Made by a program: the position numbers and the translations under genes. DNA of 36,983 bases, taken from IMG/VR virus record IMGVR_UViG_3300011758_000001, positions 1 to 36,983 of that record. One strand, given 5' to 3'. The notes below the pieces were generated by a model. That model worked only from the letters and a program-made list of their open reading frames with translations, made no database searches and was not told the origin of the DNA. The DNA comes from a virus. Of the stretch, positions 7,492-15,338 are shown piece after piece (within the stretch, counting starts at the first letter, position 1; the number at the start of each line of letters is the position of its first letter).

Positions 7492-7943
7492 GCTGCACCC
7501 CACTCAACATCATTAAGTGTTGGTCGAAACACCACCACACAACATCCAAATGGCGCATTTGATTTTGAGCCACCAAATTTCAATCGCCCTTTGATAAAGT
7601 GAATTTCTCGACCCAAACAATAGTCCTGAAACCATCTCGCATCGGTGCGAACCGGAACTAGAGCCACAACCGTGTGCCCTTGTTTTGCTGTATAGGCTGC
7701 CTTAGCCACCCAATCGATAATCTCCCGACCATACGGAGGATTCATCCAACAAGTACCAGTCCACTCCTGTTTTAAACCATCATCAGCCGGGCTAAAGAAT
7801 CGCCCACACTTTGCGTTTTCAGGTAGCGCACAAACATCCAAATCAAAACCAAAGACAGTATTTAATTTGTCGAAAAATTCTTGAGGTGTTGCCCAAATAT
7901 CAGTTCTGTTTTCTGCAAGACCGAAAAGTTGCATATTCGCCAT
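7488..7943 (-). CDS. dam: Phage-type DNA N6-adenine methyltransferase
   Basis: The sequence ATPQEFFDKLNTVFGFDLDVCA...NAKC...DGLKQEWTGTCWMNPPYG carries the NPPY catalytic motif. ATG at 7943 lies 6 nt after the dnaB stop. Confidence 0.85.
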   Translation of the reverse strand: MANMQLFGLAENRTDIWATPQEFFDKLNTVFGFDLDVCALPENAKCGRFFSPADDGLKQEWTGTCWMNPPYGREIIDWVAKAAYTAKQGHTVVALVPVRTDARWFQDYCLGREIHFIKGRLKFGGSKSNAPFGCCVVVFRPTLNDVEWGAA

Positions 7944-7948
7944 TGTGT

Positions 7949-9277
7949 TCACACCCCACCCCCTGCGCTTTCCTCTACTCGTACCGATGCAAAGCGACAA
8001 ATATCTAAACGATCCATTACTCGAACTACGCCTTTCTTGCCATGACGGTTTTTGGCGATAATGATTTCCGTAATACCGCTCGGCATTTCATCATCACTAT
8101 TCACAATTGGATGGGCCAATAAAATCTGATCCGCGTCTTGCTCAATCTGGCCAGACTCTTTCAGGTCAGATGCCTTTGGACGTTTACCCTTTTCAGATTC
8201 ACGGTTGAGCTGTGCCAATGCGATTACAGGGCAATCGAATTCCTTCGCCATCGCCTTCAAATCACGACTGATTGAACTGACTTCCTGATAGCGGTCTTTC
8301 TTGGTTGGGTCACGTACCAACTGAAGGTAATCAATGATGATGCAGCCTAATTTTTTGTAGTTGCGCTTGGCCTTACGTGCATAAGAGTGAATCTCTGCAA
8401 TAGTCGGCTTTTGCTTATCTTCAACATGAATTGGCATCTTGCTAAAACGATTCTGAGCGCCCGCAAATTCCTGAATCATCCCGTCATACAGATCAGCATT
8501 GTGGATGTTGTCGTATGGAATCTGGGTGAGTGCTGAGATACAGCGATTCGTGAATGTCTCCACATCCATCTCGGCAGATACAACCAGTACCGCTTCCTTG
8601 AACTGCATAGCGGTTTGAATCGCCACCATTTGCGCTAGAGTGGACTTTCCTGATCCAGGTCTACCACCAATCACACAAAAATGGCCGCGCTGAATGGTGC
8701 CCACTACGTTGTCCAAATGAGGCAGATTAAACTTAACCCCTGTGTACTGTTTGTTGGCTTTTGCTTCTGCCTTCTGGATCAACTGATCACCAGCGCGTTT
8801 TAGTGCTTCCTCAAACGTAAAACTAGACTTCTCCAATTTCTCGTTGGTGGTTGCCTTGTTCAGGATATTTTCAGCAGCGTTATGCACGTCAGGTACGGTT
8901 AAATCTCTTGCCACTTCCTGAATACTTCGGCCCATCTTTTCCACTTCACGATGCGCTTTCAGCTTGTTGAGTTCAGCAACATAAGATTCCAGGTTGTAGA
9001 AACTCGACGGTGCATCTGCCATCAGTGTCATCAGGTATTCAGCAGGTGTTACGCCAACCAGTGAATTTTTCTCATTCAGTTTCTGCTCAACAAAAACCAC
9101 GTCGTACGGTTTGTTCTCGTTAGCCAAGTCAGTAATGGCCTTGTAGATCTCCTGGTGACGAGTTGCGAAGAAGCAGTTTTCATCCAGATCGTTCATCACG
9201 GTTTCAAGTGAGTTCTGAACGGTCATCAGTGCAGCAAGTACGCATTGCTCGATGGAGTTGTTATGAATATCGATCAT
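7949..9277 (-). CDS. dnaB: Replicative DNA helicase, DnaB family
   Basis: Walker A GGRPGSGKSTLA, DnaB N-terminal IEQCVLAALM, and the C-terminal motifs LAKEFDCPVIALAQLNR and IAKNRHG. ATG at 9277 forms a TAATG overlap with the upstream gene; the track start is TTG. Confidence 0.9.
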   Translation of the reverse strand: MIDIHNNSIEQCVLAALMTVQNSLETVMNDLDENCFFATRHQEIYKAITDLANENKPYDVVFVEQKLNEKNSLVGVTPAEYLMTLMADAPSSFYNLESYVAELNKLKAHREVEKMGRSIQEVARDLTVPDVHNAAENILNKATTNEKLEKSSFTFEEALKRAGDQLIQKAEAKANKQYTGVKFNLPHLDNVVGTIQRGHFCVIGGRPGSGKSTLAQMVAIQTAMQFKEAVLVVSAEMDVETFTNRCISALTQIPYDNIHNADLYDGMIQEFAGAQNRFSKMPIHVEDKQKPTIAEIHSYARKAKRNYKKLGCIIIDYLQLVRDPTKKDRYQEVSSISRDLKAMAKEFDCPVIALAQLNRESEKGKRPKASDLKESGQIEQDADQILLAHPIVNSDDEMPSGITEIIIAKNRHGKKGVVRVMDRLDICRFASVRVEESAGGGV

Positions 9278-10059
9278 TACCAATCCCCCATGTCAGGTTG
9301 AAGGCTTTGGGTATCGACAGGTTGATTCTGTGGATTGGCTTGTTGCATGAGTTTTTCAGTAAGACCTGAATCACGTTTAATCCACTTCACGAAGTTTGAA
9401 TACATCTGGGCATCACCCACTGCACCAGTGATAATTTTGTTTTCGTAGTGAGGATTAATTTCAAGCAAAATTTCTTCAGCTTGGTCTTGAGTGATTTTTG
9501 GTAATCCAGAACGCTGTAACCAAGAATTCAGAGAATGTAAATCTGGTGTCCAGAGATTCAGAATTTCATCCGGTGAATTTTTTGCGTTTGCGCTCTCTTT
9601 AATATTTTCTTTAATATTTTCTTTTATAGTGTCCCGTTCAACGGGAGTAGTCCCATCACCTTCAACGGGAGTAGTCCCATCACCTTCAACGGGAGTAGTC
9701 CCGTTTAACGGTAGTACCTTTTCGTGGGATGGGTTTGGTAGAATTTTGATCTGGTTGGTCGTACCTGTTGCACGAGTAACAGAGATTAATTTCAGTTGTT
9801 CGAGTTGCTGAATACAGGTGTAAACGGTGTCATTTTTTTTGATACCGCAGTACTTTTTAAAAGTTTCTGTTGCTATTGATGTTGAGCTGCGATTAAAGCC
9901 CACAGTTTGACGCAAAATGAACATGTAGCACTTGAACGCCTTATCACTAAGCTCTGCCATATACATGTCGTCAATGACGAAATTAGGCGTTCTAGAGTAC
10001 TGTTCTGTCACAATGGTCGCCTTTTCTACTAATTTTTCAAAATCTACGCCGATATTCAT
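9277..10059 (-). CDS. Replication initiator, lambda O-like N-terminal domain
   Basis: FVIDDMYMAELSDKAFKCYMFILRQTVGFNRSSTSIATETFKKYCGIKKNDTVYTCIQQLEQLKLI fits the Phage_rep_O winged-helix pattern. Contains the coding tandem repeats GTTPVEGD x3 and IKEN x2.5. ATG at 10059 forms an ATGA overlap. Confidence 0.75.
   Translation of the reverse strand: MNIGVDFEKLVEKATIVTEQYSRTPNFVIDDMYMAELSDKAFKCYMFILRQTVGFNRSSTSIATETFKKYCGIKKNDTVYTCIQQLEQLKLISVTRATGTTNQIKILPNPSHEKVLPLNGTTPVEGDGTTPVEGDGTTPVERDTIKENIKENIKESANAKNSPDEILNLWTPDLHSLNSWLQRSGLPKITQDQAEEILLEINPHYENKIITGAVGDAQMYSNFVKWIKRDSGLTEKLMQQANPQNQPVDTQSLQPDMGDW
9597..9708. repeat. Candidate origin of replication: 24-bp iterons plus an AT-rich 12-bp tandem repeat inside the O-like gene
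   Basis: ttcaacgggagtagtcccatcacc occurs at 9637-9660 and 9661-9684, with a partial third copy at 9685-9708. Each junction forms tcccNNNNNNNNcggga-type dyads. The adjacent ctttaatatttt is repeated 2.5 times at 9597-9630. Confidence 0.65.
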
Positions 10060-10217
10060 GACACCACCTGCATTGCAAATTTGCATAATTCAGTTTTCGC
10101 TTTAGCTACAGCTTGGGAATTGGCGATGGTTTTTTCAGCCATGTATCGTTCGACTGCTTTTTGGAACAAGTAAATCTTTCTATTTACTTCGATTTCGGTT
10201 AAAATTTGATTGTTCAT
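10056..10217 (-). CDS. Small ORF, 53 aa, between the RHH gene and the O-like gene
   Basis: My translation is MNNQILTEIEVNRKIYLFQKAVERYMAEKTIANSQAVAKAKTELCKFAMQVVS. GAGGT lies 8 nt upstream. An ATGA overlap joins it to the O-like start. Confidence 0.5.
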   Translation of the reverse strand: MNNQILTEIEVNRKIYLFQKAVERYMAEKTIANSQAVAKAKTELCKFAMQVVS

Positions 10218-10243
10218 AATGATTTACCTCGTGATTGAACATG

Positions 10244-10275
10244 AAGCCTGATCTAGTACATCAGGCTTTTTCTTT
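10244..10275 (+). terminator. Plus-strand-specific intrinsic terminator inside the minus-strand early operon (3' end of a candidate oop-like antisense RNA)
   Basis: aagcctgat-ctagtac-atcaggctt followed by tttctttgc on the plus strand. On the minus strand the hairpin is followed by catgttcaatc, which has no T tract. Confidence 0.6.
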
Positions 10276-10536
10276 GCTTGAATCCCAGTGATTCCCTTCC
10301 AATCCCTCTCCAAAGCTAACGTCTGTAGACAGATCCCTTACTAAAGCTCCTAATCCCAAGCGCTCGAATGATTTTGCTTGTAAATTAAGTACATGCCACT
10401 CACCGACGATTTCCTTCTCTAGGAGATAAGCTAGGTACTGAGCAAGGTCTTTACCCTTAATTTCGGCAAGTAGTTTTGCCCGCTCATGGATTTCAGGAGA
10501 CAAGCGAACATGTGTAGATTTCTTTTCAAGACTCAT
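10261..10536 (-). CDS. Ribbon-helix-helix protein (cII-equivalent position)
   Basis: KSTHVRLSPEIHERAKLLAEIKGKDLAQYLAYLLEKEI shows a strand-helix-helix pattern. AGGTGA RBS. Confidence 0.6.
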   Translation of the reverse strand: MSLEKKSTHVRLSPEIHERAKLLAEIKGKDLAQYLAYLLEKEIVGEWHVLNLQAKSFERLGLGALVRDLSTDVSFGEGLEGNHWDSSKEKA

Positions 10537-10544
10537 AAATTCAC

Positions 10545-10730
10545 CTATGCAACTTCTTTGCTGTGTTTGATTGGCTGCTTGCCAGCAGCTAAATCTCGAA
10601 TTTGGTATTCACGTGCTAATGGGATTTTGTTGTTAGGCCACTGGTAAACAGCAGAAGGTTCAATTCCTAGCAAGCCCGCTAGTTCAACGCCATTAACCCC
10701 AAGCAACTTGTATGCTTCTTGTTTGGTCAT
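10545..10730 (-). CDS. cro: Cro-like HTH repressor
   Basis: 61 aa. LAGLLGIEPSAVYQWPNNKIP forms the HTH. It is divergent from cI across an operator-bearing 79-bp region. Confidence 0.75.
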   Translation of the reverse strand: MTKQEAYKLLGVNGVELAGLLGIEPSAVYQWPNNKIPLAREYQIRDLAAGKQPIKHSKEVA

Positions 10731-10749
10731 TGGTATTTACTCAATAAAG

Positions 10750-10808
10750 TAAGATTTCTTAGTATTTAATCAAAGAAAACTTATAAAAGCAATATGTAAG
10801 ATTACTTA
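10750..10808. promoter_or_regulatory. OR region: three 12-bp operators with candidate PR and PRM
   Basis: Operators: TAAGATTTCTTA (10750-10761), AAAGAAAACTTA (10772-10783), TAAGATTACTTA (10797-10808). Candidate PR on the minus strand: TTGCTT (10792-10787), 17-nt spacer, TTAAAT (10769-10764). Candidate PRM on the plus strand: TTAGTA (10759-10764), 17-nt spacer, TATAAA (10782-10787). Confidence 0.6.
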
Positions 10809-10809
10809 T

Positions 10810-11490
10810 ATGGAAAAAACAACTATTGGTCAGCGCATACGTGCGCTTAGACGTTCGAAAAAATTAACTCAAGCGCAATTAGCAAAGATTGCTGGAGTGA
10901 GTTCGCCCGCTGTAACTGAGTGGGAAAAAGATAGTTATTTGCCTAAAGCAGGATCATTAGAAGCAATGGCAAATCATTTTGGGGTAACGACTGAATACAT
11001 ACTGACTGGCAAAGGTGATCCTAGCGCCACGCAAAAAGAGCAGTCCAATGTGGTTCCTGTGGCACCACGCATGGCCCCTGTCTTGTCATGGGTTCAGGCC
11101 GGTACGATGACTAATGTTGAATCTGTTGATATGTCGCAGGTGGAAGAATGGCTGCCACTTCCAGAAGGCGATTGTGAGAAATGTTTTTATCTTAAGGTTC
11201 AGGGGTTAAGTAATTATCCAGAATTCCATGAAGGTGATTACATTCTTGTAGATCCAACCCTGCCATTTTGTGACATGAACTCAGGCGATATCGTTGTTGT
11301 TAGAAAGTTTGACGATGCGACTTTTAAGCGCCTGGTGATTGAGCCAGATGGTACTAAATACCTACAGGCGATTAATCCTGAATTTAAACCCAATATTATT
11401 CCACTTGATGAAAATTGCGAGTTTGTTGGCGAGGTAGTGGATTGTATTCGCTACGTTTATCGAGCTAAGAAGAAACCACGTAAGAATTAA
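10810..11490 (+). CDS. cI: CI-like repressor (XRE HTH + S24 LexA-like autopeptidase)
   Basis: IGQRIRALRRSKKLTQAQLAKIAGVSSPAVTEWEKD is the HTH. The C-terminal part (LSWVQAG...GDIVVVRKFDDATFKRL) is S24-like. Confidence 0.9.
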   Translation: MEKTTIGQRIRALRRSKKLTQAQLAKIAGVSSPAVTEWEKDSYLPKAGSLEAMANHFGVTTEYILTGKGDPSATQKEQSNVVPVAPRMAPVLSWVQAGTMTNVESVDMSQVEEWLPLPEGDCEKCFYLKVQGLSNYPEFHEGDYILVDPTLPFCDMNSGDIVVVRKFDDATFKRLVIEPDGTKYLQAINPEFKPNIIPLDENCEFVGEVVDCIRYVYRAKKKPRKN

Positions 11491-11496
11491 AAATAA

Positions 11497-11515
11497 AAGC
11501 CGCTATATGCGGCTT
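11497..11515. terminator. Bidirectional intrinsic terminator after cI
   Basis: aagccgc-tatat-gcggctt. It is followed by gggtgtttt on the plus strand and ttatttttaatt on the minus strand. Confidence 0.75.
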
Positions 11516-11524
11516 GGGTGTTTT

Positions 11525-11845
11525 ATGGAAAGAATAATTAAAGCAATAAAAGTTTGGTGGAATGGAACGGATATTTATGAAAAACAAGGTCGATATGATG
11601 CTGCATTCTTTGCCTCCCCATTAAATAGGAAACATTGGACATCCAAATTTGCCCATTGGATTGCTTCACTATTCACCAGCCCTGAAAGACGATCCACTTT
11701 TTTGGCTGTCCTTGGCTTCGTTACGTTTCTGATTATGCTCTTGAAGTATTTCGCCGACACTGATGCCAATCAAGATACCACTAACCCACAACGCGATAAT
11801 CGGGAACCAGATGCTCAGATTCACGCTGGCGCAGATCAAAACTAG
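11525..11845 (+). CDS. Hypothetical single-TM protein at the rex-equivalent position (alternative A; mutually exclusive with 11669-11893)
   Basis: 106 aa from the ATG at 11525, with the TM segment STFLAVLGFVTFLIMLL. A plus-strand-only terminator lies 64 nt downstream. However, the start sits in the T tract of the cI terminator and no SD is present. Confidence 0.35.
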   Translation: MERIIKAIKVWWNGTDIYEKQGRYDAAFFASPLNRKHWTSKFAHWIASLFTSPERRSTFLAVLGFVTFLIMLLKYFADTDANQDTTNPQRDNREPDAQIHAGADQN

Positions 11846-11893
11846 AGTTAGAACTTGAACAACAAACATAGTTAGTAAATATTTTTTATTCAT
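11669..11893 (-). CDS. Hypothetical two-TM membrane protein (alternative B; mutually exclusive with 11525-11845)
   Basis: MNKKYLLTMFVVQVLTLVLICASVNLSIWFPIIALWVSGILIGISVGE. It converges on the bidirectional cI terminator, which has the better T tract on the minus strand. The RBS is weak. Confidence 0.35.
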   Translation of the reverse strand: MNKKYLLTMFVVQVLTLVLICASVNLSIWFPIIALWVSGILIGISVGEILQEHNQKRNEAKDSQKSGSSFRAGE

Positions 11894-11908
11894 CCTAAAG
11901 ACCCCTAG

Positions 11909-11934
11909 CCCATCCCTGTGATGGGTTTTCTTTT
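11909..11934 (+). terminator. Plus-strand intrinsic terminator upstream of PL (t-imm-like)
   Basis: cccatc-cctgt-gatggg followed by ttttctttt. Confidence 0.7.
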
Positions 11935-11955
11935 GTCTATTAAATCATAAAAAAA

Positions 11956-12026
11956 TAAGTTTTCTAAAAATAAAACTAACATTTCTTATATTTCTGCTTG
12001 ACACTAAAACTAAGTTTTCTTATATT
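11956..12026 (+). promoter_or_regulatory. OL/PL: three operators and a near-consensus promoter
   Basis: Operators: TAAGTTTTCTAA (11956-11967), TAACATTTCTTA (11977-11988), TAAGTTTTCTTA (12011-12022). PL: TTGACA (11998-12003), 17-nt spacer, TATATT (12021-12026). The last operator fills the spacer and overlaps the -10 element. Confidence 0.7.
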
Positions 12027-12075
12027 TATCTCACAAACAAAGAAAAGCCCCAGCGTGCTGCGAACCACCTGAGGC

Positions 12076-12522
12076 ATGACCCACCGTACAGTGAGTGAAA
12101 TTATTATGAATACAAAAGTTAATGAAGGCAAGTTGATTAGCGGGAAAGAAGCGCTGATTGCGTTGGCGAATGGTGAGAGTGTTCAGTGTGCAAATGCAGT
12201 CACGCTAAATTGGAGCGATGTTGATGGGGATTGCCATATCGACTTATTCACCACAGCAAAGAATAGAAATGGTTTCGATTTTGTGTTCCGCCTAAAACCC
12301 CACACCATCAAAATAAATGAAATTGAGGTTCCTGCTTGTGGTGTTGATTACAAGCCACACACATTTATGTTTGTTTTGAATAGCCTTGAGCCATGTGAAT
12401 ACTCAAAGATTATTCTTGATGAGTCTGATGAAATTCCGCCTTACTGGTGGTCAACAGAAGAAGAAATCAAACAAGTCGTTGCTGCCCTTCGCCAAGTATT
12501 CGGAGGCAGCCATGACAACTAA
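12076..12522 (+). CDS. Hypothetical protein (first PL gene; start uncertain, 12076 or 12106)
   Basis: 148-aa ORF. No family recognised. Confidence 0.6.
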   Translation: MTHRTVSEIIMNTKVNEGKLISGKEALIALANGESVQCANAVTLNWSDVDGDCHIDLFTTAKNRNGFDFVFRLKPHTIKINEIEVPACGVDYKPHTFMFVLNSLEPCEYSKIILDESDEIPPYWWSTEEEIKQVVAALRQVFGGSHDN

Positions 12523-12859
12523 ATCCAATATTCTCAAGTCTGCATTCATTGCAGCATCTATCAGCGCGGGGATAGCAGTAGCTTACGCTTTCCAGCCTGC
12601 CAAAGTGGCTGACGATAATCCTCAAGTGGTTATCACCGCTCAAAAATATGAAGTGCTTAAACGTACTTGCCATGAAACCTGCATCGCTACCGTCAAAGCT
12701 GACGATTACAGCATCTATGTTGAATATGCCTTGGATGATGCTTCTGTTGAGTTCCTAGACATTCTGAACGTAGTCCATTTTGACAAGACCATCAATGCCT
12801 ATGTTGATCGTTATGAAATTGAAAAGATTAATGCTGCGATTGCGAAGGGAGAGCGCTGA
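12512..12859 (+). CDS. Hypothetical protein with an N-terminal signal or anchor
   Basis: ATG at 12512 is preceded by GGAGG. The N-terminus is MTTKSNILKSAFIAASISAGIAVAYAF. Confidence 0.6.
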   Translation: MTTKSNILKSAFIAASISAGIAVAYAFQPAKVADDNPQVVITAQKYEVLKRTCHETCIATVKADDYSIYVEYALDDASVEFLDILNVVHFDKTINAYVDRYEIEKINAAIAKGER

Positions 12860-13221
12860 TGGAAATCAGACTAAATAAAGAATGGGTGATTTATTCATCT
12901 AAAAATGATGCAGGAATTATCCTTGGTCAAATCCCTGAGAAGCAACAAGACAGCTATGTAAATGCTGACAAGTTTGCAGGTCGTAAATATCACTACGCGA
13001 CAATATTCGGCGCTGCACAAGGTGCATTCAAGTACGGTGTGAATAATGCTGATGCTACGTCATTTCTTGAGGTGGAAAAAACAATTGAGCGCATTGCTCA
13101 GGAATGTCAAAGCGCATTCTCAACTGAGCAATTAAAGGTATTGCAGTCAGAGCAAGTGCAAGACTTAAAAGCTGAAATTGAAATGCTTAAAGCTCAGTTA
13201 AAAAAGAAGGTGCCAGCATGA
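12859..13221 (+). CDS. Hypothetical protein with a C-terminal coiled coil
   Basis: 120-aa ORF with a TGATG overlap to the upstream gene. Confidence 0.6.
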   Translation: MEIRLNKEWVIYSSKNDAGIILGQIPEKQQDSYVNADKFAGRKYHYATIFGAAQGAFKYGVNNADATSFLEVEKTIERIAQECQSAFSTEQLKVLQSEQVQDLKAEIEMLKAQLKKKVPA

Positions 13222-13724
13222 ACACTTACGCTCAATTCTGTGGATGTGGTGCGGCAATGCGACCTATCAGCCACATCGGAAATCAGTCTTTATTTCTGTG
13301 CCGTGATGGTCATAGCACCAAGGTAATTGACTGCAAGGTGAATGAAGATTTCACCCGTGACTTGTACTTCTCAGACCTGCCAAGCTTCAAAGTGGATTCT
13401 GATATTTCAATTGAAGATAACGTGCTGACCTTTGGTTTATACCGTCAGATTGGTGAGAACCTGTATGCAACGGCTGATTGTTCAATGCCTGTATTGCCTC
13501 ACACGATGACGCAAATGCGTAGTCCGAATGGTGATATGCGATATGCCGAGCCAGTGGATATTGATTCTTGGCTGGTGGTGAAAGATACGCCTGTGACTTT
13601 GCTGGATGTTTGGAATTTTGAGGCTGAGGAAGGTCAGACATTTACGCTGAATGATGAGCAGATTAAAGAATTACAGCGTCTTGTTGTTGAGTACGCGGAA
13701 CAACTATTTGAAGAGGTGGCTTGA
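13218..13724 (+). CDS. Hypothetical protein (possible N-terminal Cys cluster)
   Basis: 168-aa ORF with an ATGA overlap. Contains FCGCG...LCRDGH. Confidence 0.6.
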   Translation: MNTYAQFCGCGAAMRPISHIGNQSLFLCRDGHSTKVIDCKVNEDFTRDLYFSDLPSFKVDSDISIEDNVLTFGLYRQIGENLYATADCSMPVLPHTMTQMRSPNGDMRYAEPVDIDSWLVVKDTPVTLLDVWNFEAEEGQTFTLNDEQIKELQRLVVEYAEQLFEEVA

Positions 13725-13725
13725 G

Positions 13726-14646
13726 ATGAATGCACCAGTGAAAACAGAAAATCAGGTTGCTGAGCATGATCCTAAATCAATTAAGGCTTATGTGTCAGAT
13801 GCAAAAATCCGCCAAAAATTTGAAGAAGTGCTAGGTAAAAAAACTCAAGGCTTCCTGGCTTCGGTAATGCAGGTGGCGAACCAACCACAACTTAAAGGCG
13901 CAGTACCGGCAACTGTAATCAATGCGGCAATGATGGCAGCAACACTTGATTTGCCAATCAATAATAACCTTGGCTTTGCTTACATTGTGCCGTACAAGCG
14001 CAAGTTCAAAGATGCTCAAGGCAAGTGGTCCGAGTCTTTAGAAGCTCAATTCCAGATGGGATACAAAGGCTTTATTCAGTTGGCACAGCGTTCAGGCCAG
14101 TTTGCACGTATTGCTGCGACACCGGTATTTGAAGGCCAATTAATTTCAGCCAATCCCCTACTTGGTTATGAATTTGACTGGACCATTCCGAATCAAGGTG
14201 AAGCAATCGGTTATGTGGCTTTCTTTAAGCTACTGAATGGCTTTACTGCTGAGCTTTACATGAGCACTGCTGATGTGAAAAAGCATGCGGGCAAATACAG
14301 CCAGTCATTCAAATATGGATCTGGTGTCTGGAAAGACAACTTTGAATCCATGGCTCTTAAGACTGTGACTAAGCTGCTGTTGTCAAAACAAGCACCGCTT
14401 TCAATTGAAATGCAGACAGCACAACTTGCGGATCAAGCGATTGTTCGTGATGTGGAAACCAATGATTTTGATTACATCGACCATAACGAAAGTGTTGGTG
14501 CTATCGAAACCAAAATGACTGTTCCAGATGCTGAGTTCCCTGTGCTTCTTGAGCAAGTTAAAGCGGGCGCATTCGAGAAAGACTATGTGCTGAGTGAGTA
14601 CGCGCTGACAGATGCACAACGTCAAGCTGTGGAGGTGTTGCCATGA
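13726..14646 (+). CDS. recT: RecT-family single-strand annealing protein
   Basis: LGFAYIVPYK...QFQMGYKGFIQLAQRSGQFARIAATPVFEGQ and WKDNFESMALKTVTKLLLSK..PLSIEMQTA match RecT. ATG at 13726 follows the upstream stop. Confidence 0.85.
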   Translation: MNAPVKTENQVAEHDPKSIKAYVSDAKIRQKFEEVLGKKTQGFLASVMQVANQPQLKGAVPATVINAAMMAATLDLPINNNLGFAYIVPYKRKFKDAQGKWSESLEAQFQMGYKGFIQLAQRSGQFARIAATPVFEGQLISANPLLGYEFDWTIPNQGEAIGYVAFFKLLNGFTAELYMSTADVKKHAGKYSQSFKYGSGVWKDNFESMALKTVTKLLLSKQAPLSIEMQTAQLADQAIVRDVETNDFDYIDHNESVGAIETKMTVPDAEFPVLLEQVKAGAFEKDYVLSEYALTDAQRQAVEVLP

Positions 14647-15338
14647 AGTTATTTCGCTGCTCCTCTCTGCATAAACTAATTGGTGATGGTCGCTCTAAAG
14701 CGGCTGTCATCAGCGATACAGCAAAATCAGCAATTCGTGATGTGGTTAAAGAAGACCTTTACGGCTTCCGCTCATTCACTGGCAACCAGTACACGGCTAA
14801 AGGGAATTTGCTTGAAGATGTGGCGATTGAGATGTCTGGAAAGATGCGTTTCAAGAAGTTCAAAAAACATGAAGGCCGAGTGAATACAGATTTGATCACT
14901 GGTGAGTGCGACATCCTGGACTTAAACACACCAACTATCGGTGATACGAAATGTACTTGGGATATTGGCACCCATCCTTTCTTTATGGATGAGGCAATCG
15001 AGAAGGTTAAAAAGGCTGGTTATGACGTGCAGCTGCATGGTTACTTCATGGCCTATGAGGACTGGCACCTAAAGACTTTTGGTAAAGAAATTAAGTTTGA
15101 AAGTGGCTTTATTGATTTCTGGCTATTCCCTACTCCTGTTGAGCTTACAAAGGATTGGGATGATCGAGAGCAGTTGATCGATATGGTTGAAGCTATCGAT
15201 ATTCGTGAGCGACTGACAACCGTGGTGATCGAGCGTGATGAAGCAATCATCCAGAAGATCAAAGACAAGATTCCGCACTGTCAGGAGTATTACGCAAAGC
15301 TTATGGCTGAGCGTAGCAAGGGAGTGAAAGCAGCATGA
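14643..15338 (+). CDS. PD-(D/E)XK exonuclease partner of RecT (YqaJ/lambda Exo-like)
   Basis: Translationally coupled to recT by an ATGA overlap. GNLLEDVAIE ... GECDIL...IGDTKC fits the E...D...(D/E)xK arrangement. Confidence 0.65.
   Translation: MKLFRCSSLHKLIGDGRSKAAVISDTAKSAIRDVVKEDLYGFRSFTGNQYTAKGNLLEDVAIEMSGKMRFKKFKKHEGRVNTDLITGECDILDLNTPTIGDTKCTWDIGTHPFFMDEAIEKVKKAGYDVQLHGYFMAYEDWHLKTFGKEIKFESGFIDFWLFPTPVELTKDWDDREQLIDMVEAIDIRERLTTVVIERDEAIIQKIKDKIPHCQEYYAKLMAERSKGVKAA

Noticed and set aside
7949-9283. Track start codons at several genes (9283, 5856, 32976, 8000, 10086, 22562, 28482, 31601)
   Set aside because: These longest-ORF starts are TTG or GTG, or lie inside the upstream gene. 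Internal ATGs with SD sequences and ATGA/TAATG coupling give more plausible gene starts, and I used those.
9637-9708. 24-bp tandem repeats considered as a possible mini-CRISPR array
   Set aside because: The repeats abut each other with no spacers, lie inside a coding sequence and sit next to an AT-rich repeat. Origin iterons explain them better.
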